Shown piece by piece: positions 38,625 through 50,964 of a stretch of DNA of 64,000 nt (its first letter is position 1; the number at the start of each line of letters is the position of its first letter). Made by a program: the position numbers and the translations under genes. The notes beneath the pieces are model-generated. The model was not told where the DNA came from, did no database searches, and was given only the letters and a program-made list of their open reading frames with translations. The stretch spans positions 7,192,001 through 7,256,000 of the forward strand of contig NC_043012.1 in the NCBI RefSeq assembly GCF_006345805.1, given 5' to 3'. The stretch is from Octopus sinensis (taxonomy: Eukaryota).

Positions 38625-40158
38625 ATGTCGTCTAGCATGGAGCCTACCGTTGGAGCAGAAATACTTGTTTCTCCTGTTGAGAGGAGGAAATACATGTCCG
38701 GCGAGGAGCCAACTACAGACAAGGAAATAGGGGTTTCCCCCGCTACAAGAAGGAATAGCAGAGAGGATAATATATTTGATATTTTTGGAGATGTGTCTGA
38801 GAGCTCGTCAGAACTTTCACCAGAAGAGTTTCCGACTTTGCCAGAGAACAAAGGCATTGTGTCGAAGAGAATAATTGATGTGCCTAGCATCCAGATAGAA
38901 CCAAAAAATGGAAAAAAAAGTTTTGCGTTGGTTGCTGGGGGTGGAACCCAGATACTGTCGACGAATAAAAGCGAAATTATGAAATACAGCAAAATGATGG
39001 AAATAAATGACAACAGTGTGAAAATTGAACCTCCGCAAAAGTTATTACAGGAAGAAAAGCAAAAAACAATAATTTTCAAAACATATTGTCTACAAAATAG
39101 AAAAATTGAAAGAATGTCAGAAGAGAAAATAGAAAAGTGCTTAAAGCCAATATTGGGCGACGTAGTATTTCTGAGAAGAGGGAAAAAATTCGGAACGGTG
39201 GAAGTAAGGTTCACCATAAAAAATAAATAGCACACAAGAACTCAGTGGAAACGTTGAAAACGAACGACGTGGAGTTAATACCCTATTATATGGGGATGAG
39301 GACGTCGCGAATAAAAATTACAAGGGTCCCGCCAGAGGTCGAACCTATGTGGTTGTTGGCGGCAGTCCTAATCAAAGAGGTAGAAAAAAATTACTCTCCT
39401 CCAGGCTACCGCTACGGAAAACCCACGCTGGGATGGTAAAACAATTAATCTTCTCATTCAAGCGGACCCTAAAATAATTCAAACAATTCCTGAGACAATT
39501 GAGGTAGGGGAGGAGAACCTCGTGGTGTTTGTTGAGGGCCGAAAACCTCGATGTTTTTTATGTGGTCAATTAGGCCACATTCGAAGGAACTGCAAGGAAA
39601 ATGAAGAAGAGGAGGAAGAGGAGAAAAAAGACAAAGAGGAAGAAGATAGAAGAAGAAACAGATGAGAAAAAAACAACAAACAAAAGAAAAATACAGCCAG
39701 CAACCCAGCCGAGAGCGGCGACTACTACAGAACAACGACCAAAAAAGACTGCCAGAAGAGAAAAAGAAGAAAAAGGCATAATAGCCGTATACACTAAAGA
39801 TACTGAGCTCATGAGAGACATTCAACTCATAAAGACTGTAAAAAAAATTGATAACCTTTCAGAGGAATTTATCAATTACGACATATATGAAGTCTCAAAT
39901 AAGACTTATAGAATTCTACAAAATAAGTACAGAAAGACTGTATCTTCATTGAGATTAGATTTTAACAAGTCGATATTTCATGGATTACCAGCTCCGATCC
40001 CGCGAGAAAAGGAAAAGGTGGAGATTCCCCCTCCACCTGATAATTCTGTGTCGGTGGTGAGACGGGATTTTGACAAATCTATTTCCCAAGACCGTCCACC
40101 TCCGACCCTGGATAAAAAAAAGGTGGAGGGTCCCCCTCCACCGGACAATCCTAATTAA
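38625..40158 (+). pseudogene. Tx1 ORF1 (gag-like), ~3 frameshifts
   Basis: CFLCGQLGHIRRNC zinc knuckle at 39552-39593 (manual frame), E/K-rich tract, two PPPPDN repeats. Confidence 0.85.
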
Positions 40159-40169
40159 ACAGGTAAGTG

Positions 40170-43100
40170 ATGGCTATTCACATTGGTTGTTTAAATGTTC
40201 ATGGCCTGTTGTCAAGCTGGAAGCAAGGACGCTTTCTGAATGACATCAGGTCGAGAAATTTGGATGTAATTGTTGCAACGGAAACCCGGGTGAAGGGGCC
40301 AAGAGATCTGCTCCCCCTCCTGAACGGCTACGAGAAATACGTTTCTCCGAGTCGGGCGGGGGGAGGTGGGGGTGGGGTTTGGTCCTACTAAAACGAAACC
40401 GGGTAGCCGAGAAAAAGTTGGTTTTTTGTGACCCAGAAGGCAGGCTGGTCGTTCTCGACTTGACATTCAGTTGTGGCAAGACAATCAGGCTGGTCGCTAT
40501 TTATGCACCAAACATTATTGGCCCGCAAACCGAATATTTTCGTGGCCTAGGAAAGTTCCTAGCCACGTCGCATTCACTAGTAGTGTTAGGAGACTCTAAT
40601 ACAATATGTGCAGCACACACAGATTGTGTTGGCTCAAACTCGAACATGAACAGAAAATGTAACACAGGCTTTCGGGATCTGCTAAGTCAATTTCAGCTAG
40701 CAGATCCATATAGGTTGGAGCACCCGAACACTCCACAGTGGACGTGGTCAAATAGTGACGGGTCTACCAGAACATATCTAGATAGGATTTTAATTAGAGA
40801 AAAAGATAAGTCCATAGTTGAGTGTCCACAGTTTTTTCTAGTCAGCTACAGTGACCACAAGATGGTTACCTGTAAACTGACGGTAGATAAGTTGCATAGA
40901 CAGGGATCTGGCTACTGGAAACTCAATACGTCCCTTTTGGCGATTGAGGAGTACAGAAAGCGGATCAAGATGTTAATACAGAGGGCATTAACAGGTACCA
41001 TCATTAATAACAAATGGTGGTACGCCCTAAAAAGAGCCATCAAATATGAGTCTATTAGGTTTAGCATAAGTTTAGCTAAGAAGGGACGTAAAATAGGAGA
41101 TGGTCTAGTTAAGGAACTAGAAGAAGCCTGGAGGACTGGTAATACAGACCAAGCGAGGGTGAAAAGACTGGAGTTAAACCAGCATCTTGAAGCCCACCAC
41201 ATGGGAAGTATTACCAGAGCTAAGTTACGTGCAATGGGAGTGAAGGAATCAAAGCCGCTGGATGGGCCCGAGTGGTGGAAGCTCGGCAAGGAAATAGTTC
41301 CTCTATTCGGTCTTTGACGAATCAAAATGGTGTCTTGATAAACGAACCCGAGAAAATGTGTGAGGTCTTTCGGGAGTACTTCGCCCAGCTGTTCGGGGGT
41401 GACGGCGGTCCTGGTGGTGGGAGAGCCCTCGAGGACTTTGTTACCGGGCTGCCGTGCCTCTCGGGGTCGGATGCGGAGTCTTGCGAAGGGCCAATCACAC
41501 TTGAGGAGGTGATGGAGGCTTTGGCCGATTGTAAAGCGGGTAAGTCACCGGGACTTGATGGTCTTCCGTACGAGCTGTATAAATGTATGCCAGACTTGTT
41601 CGGGCAACTACTGACTGACGTGTACGCGAACTGGAAACAGAATGGGTTATCCCCAGATCTGTGCGCCGGGGAGTAGTGACGTTAGTCAGAAAGGACCCGG
41701 ACAAGGGGGACGTTCTAGAGAATTTCAGGCCATCACTCTGTTAAACGCAGAAGTGAAGATTTTGGCCAAGGTTCTAGCAAAAAGGTTGGCGCGTGTCGCG
41801 AATGGTATAGTCGGGGAGGCACAGACATGTTCCATCCCAGGCAGAACCATTCAGGATACCCTCCATCTTATTCGCTATACCATAGAGAGGTTTGGTAATA
41901 AATCTGGCAAAGGTGGGGCATTGGTGCATTGGACCAGTCTAAAGCTTTTGATAGGGTTGACCATCGATACCTAGCGACTGTACTTGCGCGGTTTGGCCTG
42001 GGCCTTGGCTTCCTCGGGTGGTTTATCGCTTTGTACCACAACATTGACTCGATAGTTCGGGTGAACGGTTTCCTTTCGAAGCCGTTCTGCATCAGACGCT
42101 CGGTTCGTCAAGGATGTCCGCTTTCACCACTTTTGTATGTGATGGCTCTCGAGCCATTACTGCAAAGGTTGAGTGGCATCCCGAGAGAACCAGGACTAGA
42201 GGAGTTTGTTACGGCTTTCGCGGATGATATCACTATCAGTGTAACCACAGTGGTACGCCTACGTGAAGTAGGTAAGACTATTGAGGCTTACGAGGAGGTA
42301 GCAGGAGCAAAGATTAACCGGGAAAAGTCGGTCGGCTTGCAGCTCGGCACCTGGGTTGGCAAGTCGATGCCTTCAGACAGTGTTGTTAGGCGCTGGACGG
42401 AGGGACCGGTTAAGTTGCTGGGAGTCTGGTTTGGACCAGGCCTCCAGATAGAGAAGAACTGGACGGAGGTATTGAGCAGGGTGGCTGCAGTAGTCAAGAC
42501 TTGGTCTTGGCGGTGGCTATCCCTGAAAGGGAGGGCGGAAGTGGCCAATGTGTTTATCGCATCGGTCATTACCTACCGCCTGACTGTCGTGCCCTGTCCG
42601 GATTCGTGGTTGATCAGGTTGGAGAGACAGCTCTTTCGCTTTTTGTGGAAGGGCAGGTCGCCACTTGTGAAACGCTCTGTCTGCTGTCAAAAGCCTTTAA
42701 ATGGAGGTTTAGGGATGCCTTGGTTAATGATGCGCAGATATGCGTTGAGGTTGAGGCACCTCTGGATTCTCCTGGATAGTGAACGGGTGTGGTCTCCGCT
42801 GGCCAGACAAATGTTCCCTGAGTTCAAGAGTTTTTGCGAACAGGAAGCCTGGTGTTCTCGTAGACCGAGGTCGAGTGAGTGGCATAAAGAGTGCCGTAAG
42901 GCCCTCTTGCTGTTCCGGCGCTCGGGCAACGCCAGCGGTGGGGGTTCCACACGGATTTTATATAGTGGGTTGGTAGAGTCTGAATGCGACGATGGCCTGG
43001 GGTCGACTCTAGGTCTCGGATTTATTCAACTGGACAGCTTGTTTCATCGTACATTCGGGTTGAGAACGTTGGACAACTTCCAAAAGTCCTAACCTGGCAA

Positions 43101-43566
43101 TGCTACAGAGGTGCCTTGCCTGTTTGGGATAAGCTCGCAAGACATGGTAAACGTCAGTCGCCGACCTGTCCAAGATGCGGTGGGGACAGGGAAACCGTCC
43201 CTCACGCTATTGTTCAGTGTCCGGAGATAACTGAAATGTGGGCTTATGCTGAACATCTGTTGTCCGGCGAAGGAAGAGTACGGCTGTCGACTGAGTCAAT
43301 TATAAAAATTGACCCACCGGGAGTTCTAACGAACGAAGGTAAGAATTGTTTTCTCACGGTTGTAGCAATAGCAAAAGAGGCTGTATGGAATACTAGGATA
43401 AAAGGAATTAAGACAGGCAACTTTATCTCTGGTGACAATTTACGATCCTTTTTTTTTTCATTTGAAAAGGAAACTGTGGCTGGAGAAGAGGTGTCTGTCA
43501 GAGTGTACGTTCCAAAAGAGATGGAAGTATGTTACACGAGTGTTGTGCGTGCAAGGAACCGTGTGA
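40170..43566 (+). pseudogene. Tx1 ORF2: APE endonuclease, reverse transcriptase, zf-RVT; ~7 single-base frameshifts
   Basis: LNVHG, TET, VLGDSN, LDRIL, SDH (APE); KSPGLDGLP, DQSKAFDRVDH, QGCPLSPLLY, FADD (RT); CPRCGGDRETVPHAIVQC. Confidence 0.93.
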
Positions 43567-43814
43567 ATAGACGAGGAAAAAAAAAAAAAAGGAAAAATAA
43601 AAAGGTATCAGCGGTAGATCGGGGCTTGTGGGATCGGAGCGTAACTTGATCATCGCTTCATTTGTATTGTTTTTGTACTGTGTATTCCATTCGATTTTTA
43701 TGTATTGTATTTTATTTTTGATGTCACATTTATGTAAAATCATATCGATTCACTGATCCCATCAGTTGTACTGTCCATATCTATGTTTGGCCCCCGGTGG
43801 GCAATAAAGAAATT

Positions 43815-43998
43815 CGTATTTCGTCTGCAGTTACGTTCTGAGTTCAAATTCCGCCGAGGTCGACTTTACGTTTCATCCTTTCGGGGTCGATAAATTAAGT
43901 ACCAGTTACGCACTGGGGTCGATGTAATCGACTTAATCCGTTTGTCTGTCCTTGTTTGTCCCTTCTGTGTTTAGCCCCTTGTGGGTAGTAAAGAAATA
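43815..43998 (+). mobile_element. 3' part of the host B2 SINE
   Basis: resumes exactly at the duplicated target; tail TGTGTTTAGCCCCTTGTGGGTAGTAAAGAAAT. Confidence 0.92.
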
Positions 43999-44204
43999 GG
44001 TATAATTAATTTGTTGATTGCTATGATTGCTAAATGATGTTTTATCTTTTATCTTAATCTGTTTGGAATATCTAACTTTCTGTAAGGACTCGAGAAACTC
44101 CTCCAGTCGGTTCTTTGGAAAAGCTCAATAGACGCGCCATTTGTTGCATCTGCGGTATTTGCAAAGTACCAAGCATTCGTACATAAATAGACGCAGACAT
44201 GGCT

Positions 44205-44625
44205 GCGTGGTAATAAACTACTTTCCTAAACCACACATGGCTCCGGGTTCAGTCCCACTGCGTGTCACTTTGCGCAAGTATCATCTGCTATATCCTAGGG
44301 TCGACCAAAGCCTTGTGAGTGTCGGAATGTAGCTTTTCTATGTTTCAGTTGTTACTTGTTTCGATCATTAGACAGCGGCCATGCTAGAGAACCGCCTTGC
44401 AAGGGTTTGATCTAACGAATCGACCCCGAGTGGCATTCTCAAAAACACATGCGCCTACACTCCCCCATACACATATGTGTGTGTGTGTGTATTTATATAT
44501 ATATACGACATGCTTCTTTCAGTTTCCATCGACTAAATTCACTAAGAAATACCCTGGTCAGCCCGAGGCTACAGTAGAAGACGCTCGCCCAAGGTGCCAC
44601 GCAGTGGGACTGAACCCAGAACCAT
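44205..44625. mobile_element. family-A SINE pieces (+ 44205-44310, - 44340-44625)
   Basis: A motifs. Confidence 0.7.
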
Positions 44626-44831
44626 ATATATATGAGGGCGGGGGTGGCTGAATCTACATATATGGGTGGGGGAACAAACGAACGAAAGTAGCACTCAAGA
44701 TATTTATTTGGAGTTATAAGTATTTAATGAAAAACGAGCTGTCCACAAGGCCAAAGCCTTGTGGATACGAAACCTTGGGTAACTCTATGTCCAAGATATA
44801 AGTTCTTTTGTTCTAACATATATATAAATAG

Positions 44832-44864
<33 letters not shown>

Positions 44865-44938
44865 ACACACACACACACAACACACACACACACAACACAC
44901 ACACACATATATATATATATAATATATATATATATATA

Positions 44939-44969
<31 letters not shown>

Positions 44970-45236
44970 TACATAAATATACTTCGGCAATTTAACTGCA
45001 CGCGGTCCATTGGCGATTTCTTCTCTTCTGTCTTCTTTGGACTTTCCCGTTTCTTCTTTCCGACGAAGAGCCAGTGTTCAAAACGTTAAGCTGTCTTCTT
45101 TCACTGGGCGTCAAGCTAATATATACTCCTTTCGCACGTCTTCACTTTCGTTGTTTTCTTGTTCTCGATTTTTATCCGTTTTTTGAATTGTTTGACTACA
45201 CATGCGTAGCTATACACATAAAACATTTGTAAAAGT

Positions 45237-45544
45237 ATATCAACAGTTATCGCCAAGCTAACATGGCAGTCCAGATAAATAGGACGAATGCTACCGTTGA
45301 TTAGCCCTAAGAGGCCATCGCCTCTAGCTAGCTAGCTATGTTACACACAATCCTGTGTTCCTTATAACCTTCGAACTGGAGAGGTCAGCAGCTTCCCCTT
45401 GCTGGTCTGGCACCCACAGACTAGTTTCCAGGTGTTTGCCTCTTATCAATGTGGAGTAGCCGAATTCAGCAGGCATCGCTGTTACGGCAGCATTCGTCCT
45501 ATTTATCTGGACTGCCATGTTAGCTTGGCGATCACTATTAATAT
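45237..45544. mobile_element. MITE with ~60-bp TIRs
   Basis: 45249-45297 is the reverse complement of 45484-45532 (48/49); looser match extends to ATAT flanks. Confidence 0.85.
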
Positions 45545-45549
45545 CCATT

Positions 45550-45880
45550 AATTATTCTTTGTAAGCCCAGTACTTATTCTATCGGTCTCTTTTTGCCGAA
45601 CCGCTAAGTGACGGGGACATAAACACACCAGCATCGGTTGTCAAGCAATGCTAGGGGAACAAACACAGACATACAAACATACACGCATACACACACACAT
45701 ATATATACATATATACGACAGGCTTCTTTCAGTTTCCGTCTACCAAATCCACTCACAAGGCTTTGGTCGGCCCGAGGCTATAATAGAAGACACTTGCCCA
45801 AGGTGCCACGCAATGGGACTGAACCCGGAACGATGTAGTTGGTAAACAAGCTACTTACCACACAACCACTCCTGCGCCTA
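45550..45880 (-). mobile_element. SINE family A lacking its tail
   Basis: near-consensus reverse complement. Confidence 0.88.
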
Positions 45881-46450
45881 TGTATGTATGCATGTGTGCA
45901 TATATGTGTCTTGCAAATATCATGGATGAGTTAATAATCACTGAAGCCTCGGAGTCGTTCATATTGAGATACCTTTACGTAATTTGGCGAACAGCACATG
46001 CATGCTGGATATTTCCGTTACGACATAAACTGGTCCCGCTCACTGATCTGTCGTCACTTGATCGTAATGGAAGTTTGCCAGGGCCAGGAAAGCAGCTACT
46101 TTTTGTATTGACATCTTTATTTGTCAACTGACACAATAGCAAATACGCATCCGGTGTGGTAGTGGTGATGGTGGTGGTGGTGGTGGTGGACTTCGATAAA
46201 AACTGTATTGAAAAAGAAAGAGAAAAAGATTGTTTATAGATGTTAATGGTGTCTTGTGCTGCTCCGTATTCTTCCGATTTCTGTAAAAGAGGAAGTGCTA
46301 GCAACCAGCCAGGAAAGATGGCTCTCTTTAGTGACAGCACCAACAACGTTGAGTCATATCTGCTGAATAACAACAACAACAACAAAAATTATGATGTTAC
46401 ATTTTCCCATATGCATACGTGCATATATCCATACATGTGTGTGTGTATAC

Positions 46451-46499
<49 letters not shown>

Positions 46500-46560
46500 T
46501 ATGTATGTATGTAAACGTACATATGAATGTACACACACACATACACACACACGCACACAC

Positions 46561-46609
<49 letters not shown>

Positions 46610-46659
46610 AACTTAGAATAACTTAGAAAGGTTTTGGCTAGTATTGGCCCAGGCCATGT

Positions 46660-46734
<75 letters not shown>

Positions 46735-47110
46735 GAAACGTACATATGAATGTACACACACACATACACACACACGCACACACAGATTTATATATATATA
46801 TATATATATATGTTTCGAAACAGGTCTAGAGATTGTGTATCGTTACTGTGACACATAGAACAGTATTGTGTCTGATTCGACCTCGCTTCAAAAAAAAAAA
46901 AAAAGAAAATGGAGAATGCGCATCAGTCGTTCTATCAGTTACTTCCGGTGTGCATTCGTTGCGTCAAGCTCTGAAGTATGGTTTTGTTTTATCTGTTTCT
47001 TTCACACAATACGTCTATAAAGAGATGTTTTCTCTTACGAAAACTACATTTCATTGGCTTTTCATTGGCACACACACGTTATGTCAATAATAATAAAAAT
47101 AATAATAATA

Positions 47111-47737
47111 GGGTAGGACAGTATATACATTGGAAGATATGTAAACACTACAAATTCGGCACTCCTGCTAACTGGTATGAACATCATCCTCAGCCAGTTG
47201 TTGAAGGTAAAAATGTCACCATCCTCTGGGATTTTCCAGTCAACACTGACAGAACGATCAGGGCTAATCGACCAGATATAATTCTTAAAGACAGGGAAGA
47301 AATTACCTGCAGACTAATGGAGGTAAGTGTCCCCACTGATAACAATATATTTGTAAAGGAATTTGACAAACTTAGTAAATATAAGGACCTGGAAATCGAA
47401 ATACAAAAGATGTGGAATCTTAAAACAAAAACTGTTCCTGTTATTGTAGGTGCCCTAGGTATGATAAAAAAGGGATGTCAGAAACACCGAGACAATATCC
47501 CTGGAGAACCATGTCTCAAGGAAATCCAAAAGATTGTGCTAACAAGTACTGCCCACATCCTTAGAAAAACCCTATCAATATAAATATTTGTGTTGTATTA
47601 CATGGAGATATTTCTCTACTTCCCCTCCCCAAGCTTTCAGCTATATTTCAACAACTCTTAACCTTCACTTGCCCTAGGGCGCTGGGTGTGCCCCGGCAGG
47701 TGATTGCATCAAACATGCAGATTAAAAGTAAATGACA
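47111..47737 (+). mobile_element. third R4/Dong-type LINE 3' fragment, between (AAT)n runs
   Basis: VGQYIHWKIC..WYEH.P..ILWDF..RANRPDII..VSVPTDNN..KE..KLSKYKDL..VIVGALG..TAHILRKTL, open to the stop at 47583. Confidence 0.92.
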
Positions 47738-47779
47738 ATGATAATAATAATAATAATAATCACACACACACGCATATAC

Positions 47780-47818
<39 letters not shown>

Positions 47819-48265
47819 TATTGTAATTCAAAACGACAAAGGCAGTGTCTGTAACTGAGGAATCGAAATTATATCGAAACATCTGTTTGATTGTTTGATG
47901 ACGTTATTTGCAGTATGTTGCGTGCTTAACAAAAACAAAGTCTCTTGGCTCTTTTCCAAGATTAAATCTCACAGTGAGAACCGTTCCTCGTGCTCCAGAA
48001 TGGTCGCAGTCTACTGACTGGAACAAGTAAAAGACGCAAGAAAAAAGTGATAAACGGGTTGTAAACGATGTACACCTCGTTGCATGTGTGTGTGAGAGAT
48101 GGAGACAGAGAGAGAGTGAGAGTGTAGTTGTAAATATTACTGGTAACTTGTACGTATTTCATGGCTTAAAGTTTCATGAAGTAGAAGGGAATTAAATTGC
48201 TGTTACTTGGAAGATGATATCAACTTTCCTTTATGCGCGCATTAAGACAAGTGATAACAGTTTAA

Positions 48266-48484
48266 CAGTAGACCCTCGCCATTTCGCGGTTCACCTATCG
48301 CGGCTTATCATTTAAGCTTACGTCGATTCCTCAGTGGTATTGTTTTGCATTTATGATAAAATAAATATATACAAATTATAAAAATAATTTTAAAAATACA
48401 GTACAATACTGTTTCTACTTCGCGGATTTCACCTATCGCGGTGGGGTGTGGAACGTAACACCCGCAATAGTCGAGGGATTACTG
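48266..48484. mobile_element. pogo/Tigger-like MITE
   Basis: TIRs CAGTAGACCCTCG..CGCGG and CCGC..CGAGGGATTACTG. Confidence 0.7.
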
Positions 48485-50569
48485 TGTAACTTATAACTTG
48501 TTTCTTCAAAATTATTTAGAAGGCATTTCTCTCCTTCCTGCTGGCTGATGTCCTTCTGAAATATGTAAACATTTAAAACATGCGTCTATGTATGTGTCTG
48601 TATACACAATAAGATACCTTGGAAAAGTAGAGAAAGCATTTTAAATCACAATTATATTAAACACAGCACCAAAAATATTGAAGAGTGTTGATCTGTTCGG
48701 TAGTTAGGTTTCAGGACCCAAGGGAAGTAAGTCGTCCACAATTTATTTTTTAGCATTTGAGCCAATAATTTCTATCTGCTGTTGTCATCTGTATAATAAT
48801 GTAGTTGATTTCTCTGCTGCAATAGGAAACTGGAATTCATGGACTTGTAAATTTAACCAACAAGCACAATAATTTGCTTAATGCTTTGTTCTCCTCTATG
48901 CATCGTGTAGATTCATTTTGTACGTGACGACACCAACTGTGGAGCATACAAATGCTTCAACGGGTCTTTAGAACTTAACCTAGAAACCAAAGCTAACATT
49001 CAATCTAGCAGTTGATTTATTAAAAGCTTCTATGATAATGTAAATGTTGGAAAGCTTGTTAAATGAAATGCCTCGTCCATGACTTAGATATCAGCGATTA
49101 ATCTATTGTAAAAACCTGGAACTTCCTGCAAGGAATTAAAGACTTTGTAGAAAGGACAGCAAAAATAAGAATGTTCTTACGTCGAGACAAACTTCAGGTA
49201 AGAGTATAACACCACACTCCACCAGGATAAGAACTTGTTGGACGTACCTATACCAGAATAAGAAGCTGTTGGGTGCACTCCACTACCCCATTCTCTCGTC
49301 AGAACCTTCTATCCCTCTGTCATCCGCTCCACACGTTTGTTCACCTCAAAGTCTTGACGAAGAAAGACGCTGCTCAAACGCCTCCTCTTCTTGACGTGAC
49401 GTCACTCCCCCTTGCCACCGGACCTGATGTCTCTCTTCATTCCTCCACAGACTTAAAACAACTATTTGATTCTAGCTTCGCAAGTATGATAAATAACTTT
49501 GGATTTGATACGTACAAAAACCGTTTGCAATACAACCTCAACTCTATTGAGAACATGAAGAGAGAGAGAAAAAAAGAAAGCATTTTCACAAGTAAAACGA
49601 AAAATCGTTACGAAGCCATGTATAAACGACTTCCAGTCAAGAACGTCAGCGAAAGCTATGTATCTCTCATATAAATAGATAATGGAGCTGAAACTATTAT
49701 TTATGAACTTAGACTAAATAACAATTAGAATGTTTGGCTAAACACCGAGTATAAATCACGCTAAAAAACCATAAGAAGAAATTTTCCTGTAAACCAATAA
49801 GTAGATTAATCAACCCTGCGTAAAGTTCAATCGGATTAATAAGCAAAAACGTTTTTAAATGTTAACGATAAAATTAGATACATAACTTAATCCGGGAAAC
49901 AGAACAATAGCAGTGCCATTATTGTCTTTAAAAGTACTTTTAAATTTACTTCCGTAAAATCGTTATTCAACACTGTTCTAGAAATTGCATCGCTTCGTAG
50001 TACTATGGATGTCAGTGATATAGTTATACATGCCAGGAAAAATTATTTTTGGACAAAAATTCTTCCTTAGTCAAACAAATAAAAAAAAAAGGACCAGTTC
50101 AGTAGATGTTAGCATGAGATCGTTTAAACGGCAGAGACAGGTGATCTCGTTGTCTCTCGTGTCAAAAATAAGTTCGTACTTATAAATGAATTTACACATA
50201 CAGATATAGGACTATTATGGGGATAACGTGTTAGTCCTATCACAGTGCGCCAATAGCCGCACAGTAGACGGAATATAGGAACCATTCAACTGGCACCTTT
50301 CATACTTCCTGCATGGAAAACAAATATCTCTAAATTATGTTTTCTAAATTTCTTAGATATCAATCTCAATCTTAACTCAGACAAATGGACGTGATATAGC
50401 AAATCTTATGAAATGCTTAGATATATTAATATAGATTCAAGCAACCCGCCTATCGTTTTAAACATTTAATCGAAAATATTAACAGGAATTTTTTAAAGTT
50501 GTCATCAAATATTCCATGCAGTTGCATTTTGCAATACTGCATACAGCATACTGCTAGTATGCTAGTGAG

Positions 50570-50656
50570 CATAGTTTTCATAAGCAGCAGACACTCGCCA
50601 TGTGATCAAATGCCCTACAGCATTTTTGAAACGTTGGGATTCCCTAAAAATAGAGA
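50570..50656 (+). repeat. 87-bp inverted repeat, partner at 52632-52718
   Basis: ~4 mismatches. Confidence 0.9.
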
Positions 50657-50964
50657 ATAAAAATGTTATTGTAAGAGTCTGGGCATCGAGGGTCACGAAT
50701 CGTCAATCTTTTCGCAGAAAATACAAGGGATAAATTTCCAGTAGATATAAAATATTTTCAAAGCAATTCAGATAACCTGCACAACACAGTGCATGAGAAT
50801 CTTCCATCACGTTAGGAGATGTGGATGAGGAGAGCACCCCCACCTCACTGGGTGCTCAGCTCAGCTTCTTTTTGAAGTCTAAGAGGATTACCAGGCTTAA
50901 GTAAGAAGTTAAATGCATTGATAGGTGAGCTTTTAGTTATGCAAATAATAGCCTATGAGAATAT

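Larger units (their letters stand above)
38461..43814 (+). mobile_element. full-length Tx1-type (L1-clade) non-LTR retrotransposon
   Basis: 5' UTR, ORF1, ORF2, 3' UTR; TSD CGTATTTCGTCTGC(C/A)G at 38445-38460 and 43815-43830. Confidence 0.95.

Noticed and set aside
46240-46400. [16 protein letters not shown].. ORF
   Set aside because: Runs into microsatellite and has no homology I can recognise
46513-46787. ~55-bp direct duplication (and a ~97-bp one at 16490-16660)
   Set aside because: Ordinary slippage within microsatellite DNA
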